The notes beneath the pieces were generated by a model. That model saw only the letters and a program-made list of their open reading frames with translations. It searched no databases and was not told the DNA's origin. This document shows, one piece after another, positions 49,563-62,258 of a DNA stretch of 64,000 nucleotides. This DNA is from Basidiobolus meristosporus CBS 931.73 (Eukaryota; Fungi; Basidiobolomycota): assembly GCA_002104905.1 (NCBI GenBank), contig MCFE01000036.1, positions 62,001 to 126,000 of the forward strand, in the 5' to 3' direction. The position numbers and the translations under genes were made by a program. The first letter of the stretch is position 1; every line of letters begins with the position of its first letter.

Positions 49563-50528
49563 GTAATGAAAAGTTGGGTTGGGTGCAACAAGCAACTAAC
49601 TTTTATCAGGATAATCTACCAGAGTATGCCGGATTTCTCATGGTCACAAGCCAACTTCTACACTATTCACTACGGAACTCACTCAAGCAAAAGCCAGTGC
49701 ACACCAACAAGGGGGACTAGAATCTAGCAGGGAGAAGGAATATATTGGCTAAATACCAAAAAATTCTTTGCAGATATTCAGGAGGTATTCTTGGCAGAAG
49801 TGGCAACAACCAAGCATATGTTTGCAAGATGCATATGTTACCAGCAGTACAAGGTATATGGCAACTTTGCACATATCACACTAAAAAGCTGTAAAGTTGA
49901 GGTGATAGAAGTTTATCAGTTGCAGAAGGTGGGTGCATTCGTAGAGGTTAGTGAGCAGGAGGCCATAGTTTTATTTTACTTGAACTACATGCAGAATACC
50001 CAAGGTAGTAGTGGGTAAGTAAACAAAGAGGGGTGATTCCACAGTGAAGTATATGAAATGCACAGGGGGAGGTAGAAAAGGGAAACACCATCTGGTAAAT
50101 TGGTTTGGTAGCATTATACAGAACCAGCAGTAGGCCTTCATACTGCCAATATAATGACAGCAGAGTCTTGCTGTGAGGCTGTCAAAGTACTGTCAAGTTT
50201 TTTTCCATATAAGACAATTGGATGTCCTGGCCAACCAGATCCACTTAAAATAGTTATAGAGCGCTAAAAGACCGCAACAATACTATGCAAATATTGTCAT
50301 AACACCAATAAAAAATTGTCAAGTTTTATCCCTTTATTTGGTTGTGAAATTAGCAAAACACCTTTATGATTCTGTCATAAGATTGTTAGGAGAATCACTA
50401 ACTTCAAGCTGCTGGTATTATGATAATCTCTAAACAGGTTCCTGTTGGCTGATCTGGATCAGATCTACCTGTGGGATCAAATTAATTCTCATGGGGGTTC
50501 TTTTACTTGCCAAAGGCTGTGGTGGTGG

Positions 50529-51190
50529 TGTAGCAGGGTCACAGTGACACCCACTGACAGAAGTGCTAATTCCCATAGTTTCTACTTCCCTATTTCTCTA
50601 CTACACTTATATTGGTTTTATCCTATTTAACTTACTTGATCTGTACTATTCCATAAGCTGGCTGACTACCACACCTGCTTAGCTTATTGCCTAAGTTCAC
50701 CCTCACTCTATATAAGATTACCAGCAGTAAGTGCTTCTATATTAGGCCAGTACTAGTGCCAGTACCTGTGACACATGGTCAACCCATATCACCATCCCTA
50801 CTGTTTCTCTACAATATATGATATCCCCATGATACACAGGTTTCAGAGTATTGATTCCTGATTGGTTGGATGTGCTATGCCTCTTAGAACCTTCCAGCAC
50901 CTACTCAGAATACTCTTAGCTCATCCTGATGTCATTAAGATTTCTGTTGATTTCTGGAACCTTCTGGAACACCATATTAGTAGTCACTTAGCCAGTGAGA
51001 AAAGTATATAAGGGAGGCTATCCCTCAACAATAAATCATCATCCCTTTTATTAATATACTAACTTGTTGATTAATGTGATCACTGCTACCTGCTGCTACC
51101 TGAACTTCCAACCCTAGACCACAGGACACTCCCAGGAAACCATGCTGACAACCTACTGACCTTGAAGGTACTACTTGTGAGGAATACTCA
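50529..51190 (+). repeat. LTR family B copy, 3'-truncated
   Basis: TGTAGCAGGGTCACAGTGACACCCACTGAC start; similarity ends near 51190. Confidence 0.85.
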
Positions 51191-53430
51191 GAGTAGGTAT
51201 CTTTTATCATATTTGATTCTTTCCCAAGTTTGTTTTTGTGCTACACAAGTTCTTCCACATGATGAAAAACCAAATGAAGACATACTATACCTCATCACCA
51301 AAATGGAGACACTTGCAGAAGAGCTTAACGTTATTAATACTGGTGCAGATGATGAAAAAAGATACTCAGTTGGCATTGCAGCTTACCTGACAAGTCTAAG
51401 CCATTCCCACTCCTTTTTGAACGCAGAGACAACAATCTGATTTTATATTATGTCAAAGGATAACTCCTCTGTGAAGAACTTGGACATAATTATTATTCAT
51501 CTTAGAAAAGCACACAGAAAAGAAGGGAAAGCAACAAAATCAAAGTAAACCTAGTTGCTGTAACTACCGTGTGTACTAACTCTGGAGTATCACGGCATAT
51601 TTGAGGTTTAAAAGTGTGAGTCAGGAACTTAAAGACACTTCCTATTGGAACAGCTTATCTGGGAGACAATCCTGCACTGGATACTATTGCCAGTGGGTCT
51701 ATGCAGCTAAATTTGAGTGATATCTCAGGGGCAACAACAGCAAAGCTGACTGACATACTCTGCATACACAGAATAGCTAAGAACCTACTTTCAGTCTGTA
51801 AAGCAACTACTCAGCAACTGAAATCTTTTTTTACTTTGCTGATCTGCTCAATATTGAGTGAAATGGACAACAACTAGCTTTTGAAATCAGAGTTCACAAC
51901 ATATACATGTTACAATGCATTTATCCTAATAGCAGAGTATCTAGACATTGCTGAAGCTAATAAAACTGACCAGGAAATATGGCATAGGAGGCTAGTATAC
52001 ATTAAGGAGCCAAAAATGAGCCCATTGGTGAAAAATCAGCTTGTTTGGGCCTATATTACTCAATTTGAATCAAATTGAGTGTTGGTAAGGGATGTTCATA
52101 TGGCAGACAAGCTAGGCAACATGTCAGGAGCTCACAAGGCATTAACACTATCAAAATATTGGCTATTGTGCACTCTGACATATATGTGCCCATGAGAACA
52201 CTATTCTTTGGAGCCAAGAGTGATTGATCATGTTTACTGAAAACAAGACAATATTCATATGAGTGCACTTCTTTGAGACAAAAGCTGAGGATTTGGGGGC
52301 TTTTAATCACTTTGATAACATGGCAAAAACACAAACTGGGTGTATCTTTAAGGTACTTCAAAGTGACAAGAGTAAGGACTACTGTGCAATAAAGTTCCCA
52401 GAATACTACTCCTCTACTAATATGCTTTAACAGACCATTATTCCACACACTCTGCAGCAAGCTGGAGAAGCAGACAATGCAAATAGAACAATTGCATAGA
52501 TGGTAAGATCTCAGCTATATGAGAAGGGAATGCACTACAGGTTTTAGACTAGGTATATTCCTACTGCAGTATGCAGCCAGAATAGATGCCCAAAAACAGC
52601 ACTATGAGATTCTACCTTCTTTGAAGCATTTATATGCAAAAAAAGCACCCCTCTAGCACCATGGGATTTCTGGTAGCAATGCTTTTTATCACATCCCTGA
52701 CAAAATGGTCAAAGTTGCTGCCAAAGAGTAGAAAGGGATCTTTCTTGGGTATTGTTGGGATACTAACAGGCATTGAGCATATCATGTCAAATTTGGAAGC
52801 TGATCAAATGCAAAAATGTTGTATTTGAGGAGAATTGAGATCAGAAAGCCACTGAACTCAATGGCCAGGTGCCTGAATACATGATCAACAGTAATAAATA
52901 AGAAATGTACCTAATTCTGCCAGTTCCAGGTCAGAGCAGAGTTTCCCAGTTAGGAGACCTACCAGAATAAGAAAGGGCCCTGGATCCTGGTGCCAATCAT
53001 CTAACAAACATGAAGAAGCTTCTCTTGCTGCATGCGCCAAAACTCAGAATTAAGAACAGGCAATGGAAATTCCAGATGCTACTAAGTGGCAACAAGCCAT
53101 GCTGGAGGAGTACCAGTTACTGATTAAGGCAACTACATGGGAACTGGTAGATTGACCAAATGGAAGATAGCCAATGTGAAATAGATGGGTCAACAAGATC
53201 AAGATAACCTCAAATAGTACTATTGAGAACTACAAGGCTAGACTTTTGGCTAAAGGGTATTTCCAGATCCAGGGACTAGACTTTGAGGAAATATTTGCTC
53301 CAGTTGCCAAGTGTAACTCCAGCAGGACAGTTCTAGCCCAAGCAGCTGTATACAGTCTAGATATATACCAAATGAAGGTCAAAACAGCCTTTCTAACTGG
53401 TAATCAGCAAGATACTATTAATATGGATAA
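51190..53430 (+). pseudogene. Degenerate internal fragment of Copia family B
   Basis: Colinear with about 41030-43430 (gag to start of RT), with many stops and frameshifts and no LTRs. Confidence 0.85.
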
Positions 53431-53820
53431 TATTATTAATGCCGGATGATGATACACCACAAGAGGCAAACCAGAGAGTTAGTTCTTCTAATGCATCATT
53501 AAATCAGTAATGCGGTCACTTTGTGAGTTACTTATGTGGGTAACTATTGACTGTACATAGTAGTTGACGGGCTTGTAGGTCAAGTAAGTACCAATTGGCT
53601 CAGAAAAGCTTCCAATAGTAGCTCACAAGGTAATCAAGACCTATGCTTATAATATCCAAATCTGCCCTTTTCTCAACTCAATTCAATCCAATGTGTATCT
53701 CACTGGAGGGGGCTTAAGAGATAGAAAATGTATTATAAAATAGGAATATGAGCACCTTCCTGCTACTGTAAGTGTGCTAATTTGGTATAGGCAGGAATAG
53801 ATGGGGGACATGCAGGGGGA

Positions 53821-56505
53821 CCTTATAAAAAACTACTGTGATGATCCTGTCAAAAGACCATCACAGATTTGAAGTCTTGTGAGTAAGAGGTATTGATCCC
53901 ATCAGAACACTGTGCAAAGACCATCAAAAAGTAATTGCAACCCAAATTTCACTGAAAACTTGGTCAGAATTTTTTATCACAACAATACAAAAGTGGCTCT
54001 TGGTTGGTTCTCAGGCAATTTCCTCACTTTCTGATCCCAAACACTATATCACCTCCTATACTTGTGTGCATAGATTGTCTATTACGATTTTTTCACCCTT
54101 TGTACTTCTTGACTCAATCATTTCACTTGGTTTTCATGCATTCAAAATGATTTATTTCCACTGAAACTTCAGTTGTACCGCAATTGCTAATTGAATCAAC
54201 CTATATAAGTCTCTGCACCCTACACTAAGATTAAGCCCAATTGCACACTCAACAAGTAAATCTATTAAAATCAACCACTGAATAAGGATATCTACTGTAA
54301 TGCTTTGTTTTCATAACTTTGGCAGTAACCTATATTTATATATCCACTGATTATACACTGCTTCCAATATGTCCTGGTTGTGAGCCACTACTGCAAGGTC
54401 TAGTACCTTATCTGCAGGTCATTGCAATAAATTCTTGCAATATTCAAGTGACCTTTCTTGAGCACTGCTCCTGAATATTTGCTGCCCCCTTGTGGTGCAC
54501 CTATTATTGTTCCAAAATCACACTGAAGGCATTTTGATAACCTTTGAGTTCTGAACATTGCTGCTTTGCATGCTACTGGGATCTCCACTCTGGCAACAAT
54601 AGAGGGACATGGAGGCTGTGGTAGATATATTGCCTTCCTCTGCAAGCTCATCTACCTTACTGGAGTGTAGCTTAACTGGCTGCACTTCCAGCTGTTGTGA
54701 GAACCACTGTTTTCTTGTTATTAATTCTTCTTGGCTATGATGGGATTCAGTCTGTTCTGGGCTTACACTGCTAATTAGCACTAGCTGCAGCATTTCTGTT
54801 GAGCTTCCCTTTCTCAAGCTTGGGTAGACTTTTTTCCCTTTACCTTCTCCTTTATCATTGCCAGGTCTTCCACAGCAACTTTGTCTGGGTGCTTCTTGTG
54901 TGTGTTGTAAACATATTTAATTCCCTGTGACTATTCACCTAGCTTAGTAACTTATATCATTGCCTTCAAATCCTAGAGAATATTGTCCAAATTTCTTGCC
55001 AGGACTGACTGACAATATTTTCACCAAAATATCAGGTACCCAAAACATGAAAATTCTCAAAGTTGTCAGAACATTCCTGAACTTTGCACAAATGTTCTTG
55101 GGACCTTGCTTAGCCTATACAATGTGCTTGTTATGTCAAGATCATGAAACAGTAAAAATACTACTTTGACATATAATAAATCATTAAGTGAAATTCACAT
55201 AATCCACTTGTTCCCCCAATCACTCACTGTATCTCCAAGACTCTTACAACAGTATTGAGCTACATTTTCTCCTTCATAATGCTGCTCTGATGCATTGCTT
55301 TGGCCTGCTTTTCCCTTGCTGGCACTCTGTAGCAACCTGATACTTTTCTCTGCCTGTTGTGAGCTCCCAGCCCATACTATGCTATGCTCCTAAGGAGGCT
55401 GCTGGTTTTTATTACTGCCAGATCCTTTACTGTACCTTTGACTAAGTGCCCTTTGGGTGGAACTACATCTTTGCTAGATAAATGTTGTGCTGCTGTAACT
55501 GTGTCTGCCTGCTTGTCCTTATTGGCACTCTTCCAACTACCTAGTGTCTCTTTGATGCTTGTTGGGAGCTTTTGACCCTGCTTGTGATGAACTCTTGAGG
55601 AAGCTGCCGGTTTTTAGCCACTGCACCATTGTTCTTCTGCCTCTGATAGTTTCCGCTTTTCCTCATATACCATCTTGGCACATCAAGGCTGGCCCAAAAC
55701 CCATTTGCTTGTTTAAATCCTGGAAAATGCTCATGCAACAAGTCATGCATACTCTGCTTTGCCATGAGTTTTCAAGGTCCCATAGTATGCCAGCCTTGAG
55801 GGGTTGGTGTGCTAGACTTCTAGTGGTCTCTTGAATACTAGCCTACTCTTCATCATTGCACCAAACAGCTACTTGGATCTTCAACATGTTTTGATTTTAG
55901 GCTTTGGTATAAACACTACATTTTCTCCCTCACAAGCTGTGATTGGTTTTCTGTGGGCTTTATCTTAGGGCACTATTGTGGTGCTTCAAAGAGAGTACAG
56001 TGTTCCTCTGCTGTTACGTTGGGAAGTGGTTCAATTGACTGTGATGCTGAGCTACTTGATTTTCTGCCTTGCAGCAAAGATGCTGCTTTCTCTACCTGGG
56101 ATATTGACTGCTCAACACCTTTTATCAGCTCATCCTATTTCTGGACTATTTCCTGATTTCTCTGGGCCATTCCATTTATTCTATCAGCCATTGCACCTAG
56201 TGGCCCTGTTGATGTTTTGGCATGAGCTGGCAATATACTCACTAATATGGGTGGAAGTGATGCTAATATGACCACTTACTGGTCTTCATCTGAAGGTACT
56301 GCTTTTGCTGCATTCTCATCTGCCTCAGCATTATGGTCAGCTTGTAGCTTTGTAGATATTCCCAATTGCCTGCTTGACTGAGAGCTGAGTGGTCTACATT
56401 ATTACCTTCAGTGGACACACTGTCTACAGCACATTTTTTAGTTGTAGCCCTGCTGGTTGCACTGAATATCAAAGCAAGCTGTTGTCCAACTGTTCTTCTG
56501 TGGAT
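53821..56505 (+). mobile_element. CACTA family copy, left terminus and accessory-gene region
   Basis: ccttataaaaaactactgtgatgatcc matches the 39242 terminus; colinear with 39242-40020 and 45400-47060. Confidence 0.75.
54903..55251 (+). repeat. Copia-A solo LTR
   Basis: TGTTGTAA...CTCTTACAACA, 349 bp; flanks gtgtg/gtatt (degenerate TSD) join to the CACTA sequence. Confidence 0.82.
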
Positions 56506-57511
56506 CTGCAAGCTGGCCATAATGCTGAGGCAAAGGAGAATGTAGCAAAAGCAGTACATTCAGCTGAGGACCAGTAAGTGGCCATCATAACATCACCACC
56601 ACCCATATTGGCATGTATGTTGCCAGCTCATACAAAGCATTAATAATTCAATTAGGTGCAGTGGTTGAGAGCATAGATGCAATGGCCAGAAAAGCTGGGA
56701 AATAATCTAGAAGCAGGATGCTCACACAGAAGGTGTAGAGCCAACAGTATCCCAGGTTGAGAAAGCAGTATCTCTACTGCAATAAAGGAACTCAAATAGC
56801 TTAATTTCACAGCCAAGAATGAACCAGTTACTGATGTAACAACAGAGGAACACCATGCAGCTGCTTATGCAAAATAACAGTGCCCAAAGATAAACCCCAT
56901 AGAAGAATTTATCACAGCATGGGAGTGTGAGAATGTGCTATTTATACCAAAGCCTAAAAATAACAAGATGTTGAAGATCTGCAAAGCTCTTCAATGCAAT
57001 GATGAACGGTGGGCTAATATTCAAGAGGCTATTAGAAGTCTAGCACACCAACACATTGAGGCCATCATACTGTGGACCCTCAGGTGTTATGATCCGCCAC
57101 TTGAATGTTTAAGTTAGATCAGTTTTTAGTCAAATTAATTAGTAATATGCTTAGATTATCAGTATATCAGTATTATCTATCAAATCAGCCGCATGAGTCA
57201 GCAAATAAATCAGCAGATCCTTATCAGAGTGAAATAGATATATTAAGCAGGATCTTATTGGGTGATGAAGATGCAATCAAATGAGTCATCAGCCACAGCC
57301 TACATTGGGAGATACAATTAGTCAGCATTTGATCTGGCAAAACGTATATAAGGAGCTGCTGGAACCTCAATAAAGATCAGTTCAAGTTTTAGTGAATACA
57401 ATACTAGCTAAACTCCCTATTCCTCTACAACTCTTATACCAAGACCTGTAACATTGGTAGCAGCAATAACCAGAAACATCCCCCCTGAAGAAAGAATAAG
57501 CCTCCCTCAAG

Positions 57512-60474
57512 ATGTCCAAAAATCAAAAATGGAAGAATGCCATGCAACAAATCCTGGTCCAGCAGCAACAAGGAATGACTACCATGGCCCAAAGCCAGCA
57601 AAACCCTGTCAAGAGCAACTTTAGTGTGAAGGTCAACTGGTACCATGGTAGAGTCAATGAAAACCTGGCAACTTGGCTCTTCCAGATTCAAGAAGCTTTC
57701 AAGGCTAAGGGAATTGCTCCAGAAAGCAAGTAACATTATGCAGCCTCTTACCTGGCAGACGCAGCTTTACAGTGGTACCACAACAAGCTCAGGTCAGCCA
57801 CCATGATGGAATGCTCTACAATCTCTACCTGGGATGAGTTTGTGTCAGAAATTTAGGATGCCTTTGAGCCCCCTCACCAACAGACACTACTAAGAAGAAA
57901 GTTGAAGACACTCAGAGAGAAAAGAATGGACCAAGAGTGTATCTATGAATATAGATGTCTACTTGGGCAAATTGAAAGGGTGGACCCTCTGAATCAAGTT
58001 GAATACTTTATTGATGGGCTGAAAGAAACAACTTGTAAGGAAGTAAATTATCAAAGACCTCAGACTATTGAAGAAGCCATCAAGATTGCCATTGATTATG
58101 ACTCAGCTATGTTTGGAGATGGGAAGCCTACAATGACTAATCAGAGAGGCTACAATCACTATGAAAGAGGTCAATCAAAGCAGTGCCTATGGAAATAGAT
58201 GCTATGCAGAAGAATCCTACCTCAGAAGAATGTAAGATGAAAGGACTTGGCTTCAATTGCCACTAGCAGGGATGTATTGCAAAGTACTGCCCTCAGAGAA
58301 GAAATGGACACCAGCCATCAAGAACCTTTAACCATATTGAGGCCATGGGGCATAGTAACATGGAGGATGAGCTTGAAGAAGACTCAGAACTTACCTTCCA
58401 TATAACAGAAGAATACCCATCCCAGGTGACCTCAAACTCAGGAAAGCTATTATACTTGAATGGAGTAATCAATGGGGTACCTGCCAAGATCCTGATTGAC
58501 TCAGAAGCATTGCATGAGTACATGTCAGAGCAATTTGCTTTGAAAGCTGGAATCAACTTGGAACCCACCAAGTCAACTTCAGTCTCAACAGCTGAAGGGA
58601 ACTCTCACATAATCAACCGTATTACCCAGCCAGTAAGAATGAAGATCAATGACTATGAAGAAAAGCTAAAGGCCTATATATTTGGGAACTGCAAGTTTGA
58701 CCTTGTACTGGGGAAAACCTGGCTATTTTGTTGTAATCCATCAATCAACTGGTGGACCCACACTACTCAGATCCAGACAGACAACAAGACCTATGAGCTA
58801 TTACCTGCCACACTGGATTTAACTTGGTCAATTCCAGTGTGTGCTAAACAAGTGAACTTAGCAAGACAAAGTTCTGTAGAGCACTAAGAAAAGGCACCCA
58901 GATGTTCCTCATGGCAGTATTACAAAAGGATTCCTGTACTCCAGCACCCCAGAAGGTCCAGACTCTTTTGAAGGAATATTCAGACATATTTCCAGAAGAA
59001 CTTGTAGCCTACCACCGGTCAGAGATGTGGAGCATGCCATTGACACAGGAGATAGCCCTTCAGTGAGTAAGACACCTTACAGAATGAGTCCATTGGAGTT
59101 GGAAGAGATGAAGAGACAAATATATCAGCTACTGGAGCAAGGATACATCAGACCCAGCAAGTCACCTTGGGGAGCACGGGTGATTTATGTGAAGCAGAAG
59201 GATGGAACACTTGAGATGTGCATTGACTGCAGAGCCCTCAGCTCAGTTACTGTGAAGAATAAGTGCCCCATACCTTGGAATGATGAGCTCTTGGACCAAC
59301 TCAATGGAGCCACTATTTTCAGCAAGATTGACCTCATGTCAGGATAAAACCAGATTAGGGTGAAGCCAGTAGACATCCCTAAGACAGCATTCAGGACCAG
59401 ATATGGATATTACAAGTACTTAGTCATGAGTTTTGGCCTCACCAATGCCCCTGCAACATTCATGACCTTGATGCAGACTGTCTTCCTGGGGTACTTAGAC
59501 AGGTTTGTCATAATCTACCTAGATGATATAGTGATATGCAGCAAGACAGAAGAAAGTCACTTGGTGCACATTGAAAAGGTCCAGAAGAAGCTAAGAGAGA
59601 ACAAGCTTTATGGCAAGCTACCCAAGTGTGAATTCTTCAAGGAACACATTGAATATCTGTGACTCATAGTGACTAGCACAGGAGTAACCTTAGACCCTAA
59701 GAAGGTTGAAGTCACCAAGAATCTGAAGCAGCCCCATAGCATATCAGAGCTCAGATCATTCCTTGGAATGGTTTCATATTATTGGAGAATTGTCAAGTCC
59801 TTTGCAAGTATTGCAGCCCCTTTAACTGATATCCTCAAGAAACACAACACCTACAAGTGGGACATAGCTTGTGAAACTGCCTTCCAGACGCTCAAGAATG
59901 AACTTGCTAAGCTGCCAAGCTTATGAATACCAGACTTCAGAAAAGAGTTTACTCTGTGCACGGATGCTGCAGATTATGCAATTGGTGGAGTGTTGAGCCA
60001 AGAACAGAAGGGTAAGGACTACCCTGTTGCCCTTGAATCCTAGAAACTGAATTCAGCAAAATAAAACTATCCACTACATGAGAAGGAGATGCTTGCTATA
60101 ATACACAGTTTGAAGACATGGAGATGCATTTGGAACAAAGACATCAAGAGGCACAGACCAAAGTATCTCAAAGTGCAGAGAAAATGAAGCAGAGATTTGA
60201 TAAGACTATAGCACCAGAAGTATTGACAGTTGGGAACTTTGTATTACTAAGAAACAACACTTGGAAGAAGTTTGAGCCACAATGGACAGGACCATTCAAG
60301 ATCACCAGAGAATGTCCATTTGCAACTTACCAACTAGTGGACAAACAAGGCAATATCTGGGAAGCCTTAGTGCATAGGGACAGACTCAAGCTTGAAAGAC
60401 TTGCTGATAATACTGAACCATCAAGATATTGGTATCAGAAGAAAAGAGATTCAGGAGAACCCTCTCAAGCTTAG
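57512..60474 (+). pseudogene. Gypsy-D gag-pol, degenerate; lacks the RNase H end and integrase core
   Basis: LATWLFQI...AALQWY gag, ILIDSEA protease, SPWGA/KIDLMSG/YLDD RT. RNase H jumps at about 60128 to the integrase C-terminus (KFEPQWTGPF). Confidence 0.88.
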
Positions 60475-60592
60475 CAGGGGAGAATGTTATGATCTGCTGC
60501 TTGAATGTTAAAGTTAGATAAGTTTTTAGTCAAGTCAATTAGTTATAAGCTTAGGTTATTGTTATATCAGTATTATCTATCAAATCAGCAGC

Positions 60593-61121
60593 TATCATGA
60601 TCACATGACCACCATGAACACCCATGTCAAGTTTCAGCTTCTTAGCTCAGTTTCTAAGAGATTCCTTCTGGAATCTTCTACCGCCTTCCAGAAAGTTCCT
60701 GACCATTCCAAACCATTGTTACACAATGGAACATTCCATGGAAGTTACCCACTATATTTCTCATAGTCCAGTACCATATATGGAAATACCAGGTTACATG
60801 ACTTAGTCACATGATCAGGTGGCCCAATCCATTTCCCCATCCTGTCTCAGTGCCTTGCCTTCTATATTATTATCCCCAGCACTGCTGCTGTGCCTCACCC
60901 CACCTCCCCATTAGTATTAGCTAATATCTCTTGGAATCAGTATAGCAAAAAAGTATATATAGTCCTATCCCCCCTTAAGTATTCCTCAGTCTGATAAACA
61001 CAGGTCTTGAATAAACAGCCTTGGCTTGGAAATCCGCCTTGCCTTGTTGATCTACACCTAGGTCCTTTCCTGGTCCTGCCTTGCCTAGCCCTACTCTCCT
61101 GCCTTGTGTCTATTTATAACA
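60593..61121. repeat. Solo LTR of a further family (F), 529 bp
   Basis: T(a)TCATGA...TTATAACA with a 5-bp TSD GCAGC inside the Gypsy-D 3' LTR. Confidence 0.8.
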
Positions 61122-62258
61122 GCAGCATGAGTCAGCAAATGAATCAGCAGATCCTTATCAGACAGATATAGATGTATTAAGCAGGATCTGATTGGGTGAT
61201 GATGATGCAATCAAATGAGTCATCAGCCACCGTCTACATTAGGAAATACATTTAGTCAGCAATTGATCTGGCAAAATGTATATAAGGAGCTGCTGGAACC
61301 TCAATAAAGATCAGTTCAAGTTTTAGTGAATACAATACTAGCTAAGCTCCCTATTCCTCTACAACTCTTTTACCAAGATTTGTAATACAGGAACACAAGG
61401 CCAACTGAATGCACTTGATTGTTCCATGAGCATTTTTGTAGACGCAAACAAGCAAACAAATCTTGAGCCAGAATGTTATGCTAAGAAAGAAGCTCAAAAA
61501 TAGCAGACTATCAATGGTAGAAGTACAAGGGTGAAATGGCTAAACACTAGGGGCTTCTTCAAGAGCCTGTTAAAATCAGGGCCAAAAGCTCCAAACAAGC
61601 AACAAAGAGCCATCAGGTAGCTTGAGGATTACCAATAAGGAACAAGTAAGCAGACACAGATGCACTAGCACAATATTCATCAAGGAAAAAGCGTAGTTCC
61701 ACCCTTGAGGCACTCAGCCAAGGTCGCAGTGAGGGACCTGGCAGTGATAAATGTCAGTGACTACCTAAGGAGTCTGTCATAGCATGCGCAAGAAGCTCAA
61801 AATAAGCAGGAAAGAAGGGTTAGATTGCCTGCAGAGTGCTAGCAAGGGACAAGCAGGCCAAAACAGATGCATCAGAGCAGCAATCATCAGGGAGAAAATG
61901 TAGTTCAATACAAGAAACACTCAGAGAAAGTAGCTGTGAGCAGCCTGACAGTGATTAAGGAAAAGTTGAAGGGAGAAAAGTACACCCAAGTTGAAGACAA
62001 GGAAGCATAAGAAAAATGTGGCAGTTCTTGCCAATAAACACCATAAGCCCAGAACAGACTGAATCCCATCTTAGCCAAGATAAATTACCAATAAGAAAAT
62101 AGCTATTTTCACAAGAGTTGTAAGTGCAGCCAGTTGAGCTACACTCCAGTGAGATAGATGAGTTTGCAGAGAAAGGCAATTTGCTTACCTCTGCCTCCAT
62201 ATCTTCCATTGCTGATAGAGTGGGGATCCCACCAACAGACAAAGTAACAATGTTAAGA

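Larger units (their letters stand above)
39242..50496 (+). mobile_element. CACTA/EnSpm (CMC) DNA transposon with both ends, containing Copia-B and a B-LTR fragment
   Basis: Left end CCCTATGAAAAATTATT, right end AATTAATTCTCATGGGG, 3-bp TSD GTT (39239-39241, 50497-50499); Transposase_21-like coding remnant inside. Confidence 0.85.
38904..50528 (-). mobile_element. Pangu fragment (3' half of ORF2 plus downstream sequence): 38904-39241 + 50500-50528, split by the CACTA element
   Basis: Both pieces match the reverse complement of about 26915-27300 and join across the GTT duplication (gctgacaa-gtt-cttttacttgcc). Confidence 0.8.
57085..61387 (+). mobile_element. Ty3/Gypsy element (family D), internally deleted
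   Basis: 5' LTR 57085-57453, PBS TGGTAGCAGC 57455-57464, PPT agcaggggagaa, 3' LTR 60485-61387 (interrupted), 4-bp TSD CAGG. Confidence 0.92.
56505..62258 (-). mobile_element. Inverted CACTA family fragment (56505-57084 + 61392-62258), split by Gypsy-D
   Basis: Reverse-complement similarity to 54545-56345; joins across CAGG. Confidence 0.78.

Noticed and set aside
53430-53820. Unassigned ~400-bp stretch as a possible host gene or RNA
   Set aside because: No ORF, motif or repeat partner found in the window; left unannotated.
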